The notes under the pieces were generated by a model that was not told the DNA's origin, ran no database searches, and saw nothing but the letters and a program-made list of their open reading frames with translations. Both the position numbers and the translations under genes were made by a program. From Anthoceros angustus (lineage: Eukaryota > Plantae > Anthocerotophyta), in NCBI GenBank assembly GCA_010909165.1, contig VJWM01000025.1, positions 1,612,001-1,676,000 on the forward strand: 64,000 bases of DNA, read 5' to 3'. How positions within the stretch are numbered: position 1 is the stretch's first letter; the number at the start of each line of letters is the position of its first letter. Shown one piece after another: positions 25,601 to 38,466 of this stretch.

Positions 25601-25902
25601 CCAAGCGAGGCGAGCGATTGTGAAGGCGGCAGGCGCTGCCCAAAACCGGGCGTCTCGGGCGAATCCAAGGACGAGGAGTCGTAGTTTACTGCCCGGGGCG
25701 AAGATGACGCGGTAGCGCTAGTCGCCTTCATGCCAGACGACATCGTATGCATACATATTTGAATAAAGAAAGTGATCCAAACCACAAGCCTGAATGCCCG
25801 AAAAAGATTACTTAACTCGATCCGTGAATCGAGTGTTGTATGGGTCACTTATTTTTGATCACACATTGTGGTATACCATAGCGTGCTTCGACCCAAAGAA
25901 GA

Positions 25903-26040
25903 ACCACCGTAAAGCCGCTTTGAAGTGTGAAACCTGTGGGCGAGGCAAAGAAGACCACCGAAAAGCCGCCTTGAAGTGTGAAACCTGTGGCAGGCGAAGA
26001 ACCACCGTAAGCCTTGAAGTGTGGAGCACCTTCACGCAAG
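25903..26040 (+). repeat. ~50-bp tandem repeat, 3 copies, sharing the accaccg..agccgccttgaagtgtg core with the 1867-9745 array
   Basis: Units start at 25903, 25954 and 26001. Confidence 0.8.
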
Positions 26041-26259
26041 TGCACCTGCAACTAAACCGAAACCCCGACATAACCTCGAACGCCCCTCACACGCAACGCC
26101 TTCACACCAAACGCCTCACACAAAACCCCTCACACAAAACCCCGTGCGATTTGAATTGATAATTTTAAATTTTAAATCAATTTGAAGACAGGCGATTTGA
26201 AATCAATCAATTTCAAAATAGTAGCATCAAGGTCCGAGAGAGAATGCATCAAGCACGCG

Positions 26260-28100
26260 TGAAATGTTATGGAGATCCGGCAAAGTATATCGGGATATCC
26301 ATCGAGGATGGACCAACAAGACAGCTTCCACATTTCACGTTTACCCAAGGACTGTCGATGTAGGTTTGATCGGCGTCCATGTTGTGGGGTGCATGGTTTA
26401 TAACTACACCATGTCGGCGGAACTATTCATGGCATACGGAACATCCTAACGATGCAAACCTCGACTATAGCCAATATCCGATGTCATTTCAAATTACGAG
26501 GACTACTACCAAAGGTTCTTTATCTTCAACTCGACAATACCGCACGGAGAATAAGAATGCACGCTATTCGCTTACCGAATATGTTGGTAGAGCTTAAGGT
26601 TTTGAGAAGGTAAAAGTAGGATTCCTCCGGTTGGGCACACTCATGACCAAAGTTGACGATGTTTTCGAGGTTTTGTGCTTGCACGAAGGAAGCTTTACGC
26701 CCAAACCGACCGGTATTTTGGAGAATGCATATACGCCCAAACCAAAATTATGGAGGTGAAAGAAGTTCCGGACTAAAAGTTTGTGTGGCCAATACCTTAT
26801 GGTAAGGGGCTATAAAGTTTGCGCAGTGAAACAGCACAATATATCTTTTCGATCGTTCAAAATAACCCGAGAAACGCGAGGTGAGCGGACTTGTTATTCG
26901 TGATGAGGGGCAAACAATATTCCACCGATGAATCTCACGGACGAGGGTTTGGAGTTTTTGAATAATGTCCCATCTACTCCTATTCAAGCTGCTCGTTTGG
27001 TTCATTTGGAGGTCCGAAGTAAAAAAGCGGTTGCAGAGGGGAGAGATCCCGAAAGAAGTCTTGCAGCAATGCGTGGGAAACTAGAGGAAAAACTCAGGAC
27101 CCATTTGGGCGCAGTGAGGATATTTGGTGGAGGAATTCACGAGCAATCACCATCGTGGACAAGATAGCATGTGAGCATGTTGAGGAATTGAAGACCCCTT
27201 GGCAATGTGCGATAGAACACATAATGAAGAGTTGCATCGCCTTTGGTTGTACCAGGTGAGATTTTACAGATCCAATCGTTCGTGCAGCGGACATGTATGT
27301 TGGAGCGCATCGGCAGGATGATGCGCAAGGGAACAAGAAAGCTTGAAGCGATGTGTTGGAGATACAAACAGTCACATGATTGCGGTGCCTTGTGAGAGAT
27401 GCGAATCGACCATTCGCTCGCAAAAGTTCTGGTGGACTTCCAATGTGCGCCCATTCATTAAAGTCCATTGGTGGGTGACTAAATGCACCGACGACGAAGG
27501 CGTACCTAGAGGAGATGAGATCGATCACCACCAACGCGGCTGGGTCGCTCTCAACGACGGAGCATGAGGTTGCGGAAACACCGACAAATTGCTTCTTGAC
27601 ACATTCATCTTGGCATACGGGTTTTCTAACAAAACGAAGCAACTAAATGCAAGGACCAGAACCATAATACGGAAAAACATGTACGTTTTGCGCTGTGGAG
27701 GAAGCTCCGGAACATATGGAAGGAAGGGACGCATGGATGATGGCGCGCGAAGATGTTGCATCCAAGGCGAGGACATTGAAACACTTGATGAACATGGTTC
27801 ACGGAGTTCGACAGTTAGTTTTCGCTGACCATGGACTCCTACTAGTGGGATCGTGGAAGGTCCGCTGACCGCAGACTTCGTGAGTGGATAGGTTGTGTTC
27901 CGCCATGGACATAAACGCCAAGTGCAGAGTATGGGCACACAAAATGATGGTAATAAATACGTAATTTGCGATTATGTTCCAAATCGCCAAAACCTGTCTA
28001 TTCTATTCGATGGACCTTATTTTTTAGGACAACATACGATAAGACCCAGTACGACAAATGTTCAAACGCATCCACCAGCCCGTCCCCACACTTTTTCCTC
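26260..28100 (+). pseudogene. Degenerate unidentified coding region
   Basis: Protein-like segments in alternating frames (PPMNLTDEGLEFLNNVP..., ELKTPWQCAIEHIMKSC...); no family recognised. Confidence 0.3.
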
Positions 28101-28338
28101 AAGTTTTGAGGAATGAATTCAAAGACGACTTTTTGGCCACGTTCTTTTCGGTGTCGAAAAGTGGATGCCAAATTTCTTCAAAACCATAAAGCGTACATGG
28201 TTTTACGGGACATGCTTTTTTTGATATGACGCCCAAAAGTATCAGCTTTTTGCCCATTTCAAAGCAAAATCCCTATTTAACATTGAATCAGCATTTTGTT
28301 ATAGAAGAACTTGCTATAAGAAGAACCAAGCTGTGAAA

Positions 28339-28591
28339 ATGGCTTCGGCAGACCACAAACGGCTCACAAGAGCAATCTGCGGGTGGCATTAAGTTCATAA
28401 GGAAGCTACCTTGCCTCCAAAGCTACTAAAGGACGGGATGAAATAGTTGGAGGCATCAAGAAGCCATGTCACCATCATCCCAAAGTCATGTCTCTTTGGT
28501 AAGCTCCTTGCAAGCATTGAGAGGAGGGTCATGTGTGATTGCTTTCTTTCACACATTCTTATTCTTAGTCACGTTCATTACATATAGTAGC
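28339..28591 (+). pseudogene. Histone H3 variant pseudogene: frameshifted exon 1 plus start of intron 1
   Basis: [22 protein letters not shown]|gtaagc; intron sequence closely matches intron 1 of the intact copy; intron resumes at ~42885-42930 after the gypsy element. Confidence 0.85.
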
Positions 28592-31500
28592 TGTGGACTA
28601 CGGACTTCCCTGGGGGGTTAGAAATTAGGTAGGGTTTTGTTTTTTTTCGTGGAGCCTAAGGATGTAAAATGAGGTGGCTAAAAAGGGGAAATGGTAGCAC
28701 CAAGTAGGTAGCACCCCTCGACAGCACTGAGTATAATCCTGGAAGCAGGAGTGAGGAACGATCAGGGCCACGATGGCGTGCATAAGTGGGCGTAATTCCT
28801 GACAAGTCCGGACTCCACTCCAGACCAAAGTGATAAGTGCGTGAAAGTAACTTAGAAGTTGGGCCGTGGACCCGACTTCAGGCGACGCCCACCCGAGTGG
28901 AGGACGGCATGCAATGGGTCGACCGTAATCCTTGCTGCAGAGTGGTATCACGCCGGACCCGCGCGGGCGAGGCCGCAGTACGCTGCCAGGCCGAGACGCG
29001 GCGAGTACGCCGCGCAGTAAGGCGAGGCTAGGTAAGCCATGTCATCTCCTCGCGCTACATTTGGAAGAGGGCGCCTCCCGCCCAATGCATATTCCCGGGG
29101 CTGTGACGCAGGAGAAGGCCAAGCACCGAGACAATTTTCCGCGATCTCTGCGCCTCCGCAACCGCCTCCATGTATCTTGTTGGACACTGACGCTCACAGC
29201 TCACCTCATTGAGGTTGGAGGCAACGCGGCAAGAAGGCCAACGCGCCGCCTCCTACCAAAGCTTAACCAAGGAGAATATTAAAAACCAGCCTGCAAGTGA
29301 AGTTTGGGAGCCATGGAACCTTGTGGAGCGCACATATCAGGACCCGCGCTTATCCGGACTTTTGGTCCCCGGCTCCGGAAGTGAGAATTGGTGCAGAGTG
29401 GCATTTGGATGTGTTCCATGTCCGGACATTTGGATGCTGTACCACTGGTCCGGAGTTCGCCCAAGATGCCGCGCGGCAATAAGCAATAAGGAGGTGCGTC
29501 CAAGAACCTCCTGGAGGACCCAAGGCGGCATGGACCTTGGAGGTCCCGAGGGCGCCTTACAACCTCCCCAAGGAGGAAGAGGGGTGGTGCCGAGCCCCTC
29601 AAGGCGGGGGAAGATAGGCCCAGCAGCCGGCGCTAAGGCTCGACGCAACGACCACCAACGTTGGTCGACATCCGACCGCTGACAATGAGGCGGTGGCCCG
29701 ATCATTGTCCATCGGAACCTACTCACCAAGGTGGATCACCTTGGTGATAACTGCTGGATTCCCCGCACGCTACCGCAGCTGGGGAAGAGGGCGGACCGGG
29801 AAGGATTATCTTCGCGCTTAGCTGTGAGGCTCGCAGACCGAGAAGCCTCGCCATCTGGGCCCCCATACCCGATCCATGTATGGGGCATTTCGAGCTCCTC
29901 AAGGAAGGAGAGCTTGAGCGCCCCGAAAGGACCGAGGCCCCGCCAAGTGGAGCGGCAAGGCCGAGGGAGGAGGCCGCAAAGCCAAACTGACTCGGAGGAG
30001 GACGACTGGAGGATTCCTGACTCCATACCCTGAACGGACCCCTCACCACCTGTGGAAGTATGGAAGAAATTCCCCGCCTCCTCCTTCCGTGCCCCAAGAG
30101 GCACAGAAGCGCCTGACCCCAGCAGCCGCCACTGCCATCACTCCTACCGAGGAGCCCCGCCGACTGTGAGGGAGAGCCAAGAGACGCAAGACCACGCACC
30201 AACGCTGCACCCCTGGGCCGGTGCCAAGATTCTTCCCCGCACCTGAGTGGCAAGAAGCGAGGAAGCGAAGGAGGGCGAAAGGACGCCAGGAGTGTGGAGG
30301 ACACCGGGCAGCCTGATCAGCCGGGTCCCGCCGGCCGATGTGAAGGGGCAAAAGGCTTGCTCCCGACTCCTCACCTCCTCCGAGCCCTGTGGAGGAAAAG
30401 GGCGAGAAGGAGCTCGCGCCAAAAGGGCCAAGGAGGGGAAGCTCCGAAGCCACTGACCCCGACATTAGGTCCGGAGAACCCACTGGACTTCCCGGACAAG
30501 GGTATGGAGGTCCTGACGACTGTGGAGATGCCGCCCGCCACGGACTTTGTGGGAGCCTCACTCAGCGGCCGGAAGAAACACGGCGGTCCTGCTACACATG
30601 GACGAATGCCTGGGGTCTGGGATGGCCGAGAAGACCTGTGGAGGTAGGCCACCCGGCAGATGGTGGAGCAGGCTGAGGAGCCCAGAGGCGAGGAAGGAAG
30701 GCGCTCGGATTGGAGGAAGGAGGCGAGAGGGAGGTCCGTCCATCCGCAAGGACCGGACTAAATTCCTTCACCGAGGAACACCAAGGGGCAAGGAGGCCCA
30801 AGCTGGGCGGAGGACCTCGCAGTGAGGGGCGAGCGCAGAAGCGAGGACGCCCGGCGCAAGGTAACGGGCGCGGATCCGCGAGGCAGCTGACCGACCAGAG
30901 CTGTCGAGAGGCTCGTGAAGGTGGCCAAGGAGGCGAGGCCACGGCGGCCGATCGCGATACCATCGTGATCGGAACCGGTGGAGGGAGGCCGAGAGAGCCA
31001 CGCCAATCAAGGCCGAGCAAGTGGTCATGAGCAAGCCGACAAGCCGAGGAAACATCGAGGCCAAGACCCGGAAATTGGGGACCCAGTGCAGAGGTAGAAG
31101 GAGGCGCAGGAGCGGGAGGACAAGAAGGACACCTTGGAGTTACAACCCAAGATGCGACGGAGCAAAGCAAGGAATTCTCAACGGGAGAATCCAAGACTTC
31201 GAAAGGTGAGATAGAGCGCCCAGCCCGCTCAAGATGGAGCAGGAGGTGGCGAGCAAGCGCGACCAACCAGCCCAAGAAGTCGCCACAAGGAGGTGGAGGA
31301 TCTCCGACTCGCCCGGGAGGTGCAGCGCGGAGATGGAGGAAGGAGACTTTGAGCCGCAAACAAACTATCATTGAGAGGAATGGTAGTTCAGAGACATCGC
31401 GAACGGAGATAGAGCTCCGGCCTGCTGGCGACGGAGCGAAGGCGACGGAGGAGCAGACGCCGAGATGGAAAAACCCGGTGAAGCGCACCGTGTTGCCCGA

Positions 31501-33089
31501 CCGTCTGGAGCGGGAGATGAGTTAACAATGGACAAGGAGGCGAGGGCGCCGGAAGATAAGAAGTCACCGTCCACCGAGGAAGGGAAGGCCGCTGCTATGG
31601 CGGGCAAGCGAACGGAAACGAGGAGTTGGAGCAGGAGCAACAATGACGCCATGGAGGTGACCGAGGCACCAAGGCAGAAGGCCTGCCCGCCTATCCAACT
31701 CGGGAGGTGGAGCAACAAGCGGGCAACAGCCCGCCCGAGCATCTATGGCGGGGAGACGCCCGGCACACGTGGAAGAGGCAATCCAGAAGTGGATTCGCCT
31801 GCTTACCACACCGAGCTCCCGGCGAGGCCTCTCACCACCGCCACAGACGGCCCTGGAAGGCCTGAGGGGAAGAAGGGCACGGACAGACAGGGACCCTAGG
31901 GGCCCTGCTTGGAGACGACGGCAAGGGAGGGAGCCCCGTGAGGAGCGGACGCAGGACCCCAAGGTAAGTTCACCACCACCCGATCCCAAGGGGGAGGGGC
32001 CCAGGGTGCAAGGGGAGCCAACCCGACCAAGGGTCGGGGTAAGGAGGAGGACCCCAAGACGAGGTCCAGGGAAGGGGTCCGAGTTTGAGATCGGACTGAG
32101 GCACGGACCCCGAGGTCCGAACCCGAGACGAGGCCGACCCACCGGTGGACTCAAATAAACCGACCTTGAGTTCAGTTCGAGTCGAGACCGACCTCGAGGT
32201 CCGACCAAGAAGGAGGAGTCCTCTCGACTTACGCTAGGAGCGACAATGGGCCCCACCGAGGGGGACCCACGGAAGGCGGGGAGGATGACGTTGTGGTAAC
32301 GGCTCGCCACCGCCAGAGCCCAACCCGATGTGATTCCGGAAAGGAGGGCCCCGCCGCGGATCATCCGATTGCGCCGATTGTCGGGAGATTGGACCACCAA
32401 GGCGAAGGACCTTCCCACCCACGGCGAAGGAGATAGGAGGAGGGAAATAGGATGGTAGGGCGATTAGCACCGAAATGGGCCTCACCGTAATAGGTGTAAT
32501 AAAGACGCCGACCGGCGTAGTATAAGAGGGCTAAGGCCTCAATAAATCATCTTTCTTGGTGTTGATGCCGCTCTGCACCTTGTGTGTCTTCGCTAACGTG
32601 AGTCCCGAGTCACCGAAAGGTGCACGACCCCGGGAGATTGATCGTGGTCCCGTGACGACCTAACGTTGTGGTGTGTGCTGGGAAGGGTGATCGGGGACCC
32701 GTGCTCGCCCGAGCACCCGACCGAACGGACCGGAACGTGTGAGCCGGAGGAACTCCGGAGGGCGGCAGCCCGGACGGAGAGGCCCGTGAACGACGGAGGA
32801 GGTCCGGCCGGTAACCCGCTTTTTCTAAGACCGATGAGTGTAGCGTGAGGAGAGAGGAAAGGACGAAGTGTGAGTGAAATGTGAACGATACGGACGCGAA
32901 CGGGTCTCAAACGCTTGGCCATACCGGCCTGACGGTGAACGCTAGAGTAGTTAGCGTATGTGCGAGACCGAACGGCGCAAAGCGAGGTAAGAATCACCAA
33001 ACGCCAAACGGAGTCTATCATTCCTTTGGGAACGACTTCCTTCACAACGACACGGATTGTGCGCTACCGCCATCACGAAAGTCGCCACA
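28592..33089 (+). repeat. 5' LTR, ~4.5 kb
   Basis: Starts tgtggact..ggggttagaaattaggtaggg and ends gaaagtcgccaca just before the PBS; colinear with 38467-42879. Confidence 0.9.
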
Positions 33090-33349
33090 TTTTGGCGCCG
33101 CTGCGGGAATGAAATCGCTCAGTAGCGCTGATGCGTGGAGGACGGAGGTAGTTAAGGAAGAATCAAGAGAGTCGGACGCCAGATCGCCGAGCGCCCGAGC
33201 GCAGCACGTGAGAGACGACGAGCTCGAGGAGGTCACACCGCAGGTGCGGTGGAGTTGTCGGATCGAGAGGAGGAAGCAAAGTCGTCGGGGCGGTTCCTCA
33301 TCCCTCGCCGCGATGATGGCAACAACGCGACCAAGATTCTCTCTGGAGT

Positions 33350-36300
33350 AAGAAGGAGGGATGCGAAACCTTCGTGGAGGATTTCGTGTCCCGAGCAAAC
33401 TTCAAGGTCCTGATGCACCATCCAAAAGGGTCCCGGGTGGCCCGCTGGTACCGGGAAAAATACCACCGCCGTAACGCCCCGCAACCTTCAAGATTGAAGG
33501 ATGCCTTCTAGAAAGATTCCGCGAATCGATCAAGAAGGCTACGCCTTGTCCAAACTTGAGAACCCAAAGAGGGAAGACGAGAAGTTGGGATGACATCGAA
33601 CGGTTCTACTGCTCCGGACGCACCCCACCCACACCACTACCATGCGGGCGTTGGTTCGCCTGGCTTATCCAAGCCAATGGCTAAGCACGCCGGCAGAGAA
33701 GATGTGAGCAAGGCGGGCGGAGAACTATGAAGAATCGATGCACCAACGACGAGGACTCCTCCAGGAGGAAAGAAGAAGAAAAAGAGGCTGACCAATCAAG
33801 ATGAAGAACCCTCGGAGGAGAGGAGGAAGAGACCGAGGTCACGGAGGAAGAGGAAGAGGACTCAAGAAGAATCCGAAGGAGAAGAAGAAGAAGAAAAAAG
33901 AAGAAGAAGCCCGTAGTCGGAGAAGAAGGAGGTCATGATGCCCGTGCGAGGTCTCGACCCACCTTTGAAGGAAGTAGCGGGCCGAGGGAAGATCTAGAAC
34001 GGTAATGAAGAGGTGGAAGAGTTGACGATCAACCGTGAAAGATCGTGAGCGACGCAAGGTGGCCACCACGGTCCGACTCATTTATGGTGTGCGGTGTGTC
34101 ACCAACATGGGCATGGCCAACCGCCTCCGCACTGGAACCGTGGAGTACGACTACGGGAAGAGTCCGAGGAAGGAGGATGCTTACCAAGTGCAAGAAGCCC
34201 AACCGGCCCACACGATGACGATCCCCGGAGTCCATCCATCGCCTCCGATGCAACCGCATGGAGGACCCCTTCTGAATTCTCGGGCGCGTGGTCTGGAACT
34301 GGGAACCCCGGACACTACTCCAACGCCCATACCCCACCGGCAAGGTAACGACTTTGAACGCCGGTGGAGAAGGGTGCGGGGCACATGGCAAGACTGGTCC
34401 GAATCCTCGCCGAGGACGGTGACGCCACGCAACCCCCCGGGGAGAGCCAAGACCACCGACGCCCTCCCGGCGGCGCCTGTACAAAATTGAAGACGACAAC
34501 CGGGCGGAGGGGAGGAGGCACCGAGGAGCTCGAACGAGGTGGTACGGGCAAGTTCGCCAAGGAGAAGAAGGCGGACTGAGGTACCGGAAGTGTCAACCCG
34601 AGTCGCCAAAGGAAGGAAGGAGACGCTTAAGAGGAAGAAAATGGGGATAGTCCCACGACGGAGGACGGAACACCCGCTGGAAGCCGAACCCGCCAAAGAG
34701 GACGAGTTAAACCGGCCCGCCAGGAGAAGAAACCAAAAGCCACCGGGAGTCTCCGGAGAAGCGGACTCACCTACGGCAACGCCGCAGTTTCCACCGGATG
34801 TGGTTCGGGAAGTGACCGAGATGCTTCAAGAAGAACTCCGACAGACCCAGAAGTGGTCCGGCCACCACAGCGCAGTAGCCAAACGCTGGAGGAGACAAGG
34901 CGAACGCGTGACGCAGCAGGAGAACCACCCGGCCCTTTCAAGGTGGCCGACTTGATGATGGACCAACAACACTTGGTGTCCCTTAGGCAGTTGTTAAAGG
35001 ACAACCCGGCATCGGCTGTGAAGTCCAAGGCCATCGTGGAAACGCAACCACGCCGGAACTCCTTGGTCCGGGCAAGAACGTGGAGGTAAGGGTCGATCTC
35101 ATACGGACTCGGGCGCCAGCAGTGGAAATTGCGGGTGTGTAATTAAAACGTGCCTCTAGACACGGGTCGAGTGAACCTCATCACCGAGGCCACCGCAAGA
35201 CGGCCGGGTTCACCACCTTCGAGCCATCCACCAAAACCCTCGTGGATGGCGGACATGTCGCGGCAGCGCCAGCAGGGAGTTGTCCCGAGTCCAAGCCACC
35301 ATAGCGAGCCCCTATACATTAGATTTCGTCATTATCGACCCGCCGGACTGGGTATGAGGTCCTCTAGCGGCCTTGGCCGGGCCTCGCTGACAAAACTACA
35401 CTTGAGAAGGAAATACACTTCAAGCCGTGGACTGGGATCCAAGGTGAGGGAAGGTAGCGACCGAGTAAGGACACATCGTGGAGAAACCAAGACCACGTAG
35501 GGGTACACCTCCGTCAAGACAAGGACGATGAGGAGAATGAGGACTACCCTTTCCAAAATCACGTGGTCGAAGAAGATGGATTGACGCCTTTGGAGCGAGG
35601 TGGACGAGGAGGTCATCGATTGTTTTAGGGTGGACTCCAAGTGGAACAAGAGCCGGGAAGGCAATCAAGAGGAGGGTCCAGAGAGGAGGGGAGTAGACCG
35701 AGAAGTAACCTTTCACCGACGAGCTCTTCCGGAGTGGGGAATGCGTGAAGATGAACCCTGATGGAGGACGGGCTGAAGCGAAAGAAGAGAAAGGGAGACT
35801 CAACCCGACGATGTGGAAGACGTGGAGGTTCGCCTGTGGAAATTCCTCAAATTCGCAAGGGCATGCCGGAGTTAAAACAAGACCTCACGCTTGTTGGGGA
35901 ATTCAGGGTGTTTGCTTTCAAGGTCACATATGAAAGGCATTCAAACAAGGCGAACACCGGATAGATTCGAAGCCGTGAGCGGCCTGCTCGGATTAGGCAA
36001 GATAAATCAATCCCAAGCACTCGCCAAGGTCAAGGAAGTCCCGGATAAGTATCCGGAAGCGACATCATCTTCCCAATCGTGAATAGTGGGTGGCGCCCAT
36101 TGTGTCGCGGCCAAGAAGCGCAGGGGCATTCGGGTCCGTCAGAGGAGAAAGCTTAACGCCGCCACTAAAAGGACCATTTCCCATGCCCTTTGTGGACGAC
36201 ATCGACAAGGTGGACGAGTACCTACTCCTTCTTGACGGCCACTGGCCATACAACCAGCACCTAAGGGAGCTCTGACCGATAAGACAACATTCACCACGGA

Positions 36301-38260
36301 GGGACGCTTGCCTACAAACGGAGTGCCTGGATGACAGAGCACCCGGATCATTTATGCGATGGTGACCAATGTCTTCCGGAATTCGAGGGACTTCATGGAG
36401 GTGTTCTGACGACTGTGTGCACGGAGAGGAGGACAAACACGTGGACATTTGCGGAAGTGTTTGGAACGATGTAGGGAGACTCAACTGTGCCTGCATCCGG
36501 AGAAATGCTACTTCGGCATGACAGAGGGAATCTTGTTGGGGCACCGAGTGTCGGCAAGAGGGATAGAGGTGGACCAAGACAAGGTGAAAGTCATCCACCC
36601 CTCGCAGCCCACCAACGAACTTGAAGGAGTTACGGGATTCCCGGGCATGGTGGGTTACTATAGGCGTTTCATACAAGATTTTGCAAAGCGGCCTGTGCTA
36701 ACAGAGCTACTCAGAAGGAGGAGGAATGGACCGACGCCGAGAGGGAGGCGGCATTCAGAGACCTCCGCACCACTGTCGGCCCCAAAGATCAAAGGACCGG
36801 ACCGGGGAAGCGATTCCATGTGTACGTGATGTGTCACCGCCATCGGGTAGTGCTCACCAAAAGATGATAAACGAGGGATCACCCAATCTACTACGCTGAA
36901 GACACACGCACGCGAACGGAGGTACACTACTACGAGCGAGAGAGGCATTGGGAATGGTATACGCTAAGAAATTGCACTACCTTCCGCCCAATGAGTTTGT
37001 GTTCTATGTTGATCACTACCAAGCACTTTGGTGAACAAGGCCGACTTGTCTGGACGGATTATAGGTGGATTCTGCCAGGAGTTCACATTTGAGGTGGAGA
37101 CTAGGCAAGGAAGCAACACCAAACGCCGACTTCTTGTCCAGTTAAAGCGAGCCCCCGCAGGATCAAGAGGACGCCTTCCGGATGAGGAATTGGTGGCGAG
37201 AGGAGGAGGTAGAGGAGCAACCGACAAACCCTAAGTCAGGGCGGACCCACGGCGGGGAGAAGGGAGCGACGGGGCCCTCTTACGCGGAGTTGGAACGGTA
37301 CCTATGGGAGATGGAGCTACCAACGAATCGAACCGGGTCCAAGGCAGCCTTTGTGCACTACGCCGCCTTTCCTCAGTATAACTGCATCTTTAAGGTGGGC
37401 CGACGTGGAACGAAGGTACCCAACAAAGGAAACGGAGGTGGTAATAAAGGGGATGCAAGGACTAGGTGGTGGACATTATGCAACAGTCACCACCAAGAAA
37501 ATCTTGAGGTCGGGTACCGTGGCCCACCATGTATGGGGAAACACACCAATTGTGAAGAAGTGTGATGCTTGTCACGGATCGGAAGCCGACCACAACTCAA
37601 TGGCCGTTAGTGCCCATACTAGCACTAGCGCCTTTTGAGAAGTGGGCATCGACTTGCTGGACCTATACCAACCACCGTGCACACACGTAAGCGGTACATC
37701 TTGGTGGCAACGACCATCGCACTGTGGGTGAAGCGCTACTAGAACGGACTCGCGAGCACGGTGGCCAAATTCCTCAAAAACATCATCACAAGGTATGTCC
37801 GCTGTACCGGTGAAGCGATAGGGGAACCCATTTCCTCAATGATGTGATAACTGCAATGACGGACTATTTCGGCATCACACATCGTAAAACGGCCCCCTAC
37901 AATCCGAAGGCCAACGGACTGACGGAGAAGACCAATGGACTTATCTGCCGCATCCTCAATAAGCTGACGGTTAACTATGCGCACGACTGGGATACAAAGC
38001 TGCCATCGGCGCTATGGGCGTTCAGAACGGCAGAGAAGGTAACCACGCAACGAACTCCGTATTATCTGACCTATGGGCACTCACCCGTTATGCCGGTCGA
38101 GTTTGAGGTGCCAACACTCCGAGTCATGATGGAAAGGCGCTTAACGGATGAAGAGAGCCAACCGGAGCGTTGCTAGGGTTTTGTGCAAAGATACGAGGAC
38201 CGGAAGAGGCGCAATAAAAATCGTAATCAACGCAAGCCGTGGCATGATAGCGCCAGAATC
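33350..38260 (+). pseudogene. gypsy gag-pol remnants
   Basis: Protease PLDTG (35159); RT DHFPMPFVDD, GYNQ-like, KCYFGMTEGILLGH; RNase H HPIYYA; integrase PKANGLTEKTNG..WDTKLPSALWAFRT. Confidence 0.93.
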
Positions 38261-38466
38261 GTGGAGTATGTGAAGGAGGGAGATCCGCCTCCTTACGTAC
38301 CGACATATGCACTTCCTGTAAACTCCACCTACGATGGATGGGACCTTACCAAGTCGACTATACCCCAATGGGTCCGCTCAGGCTTGGATGGTGAACCGCC
38401 CACGGTGAACGGATGGCGGTGAAAAGTACTTAGTGTTGGCGAGACGCCAACAGTGAGAAGGGAGTA

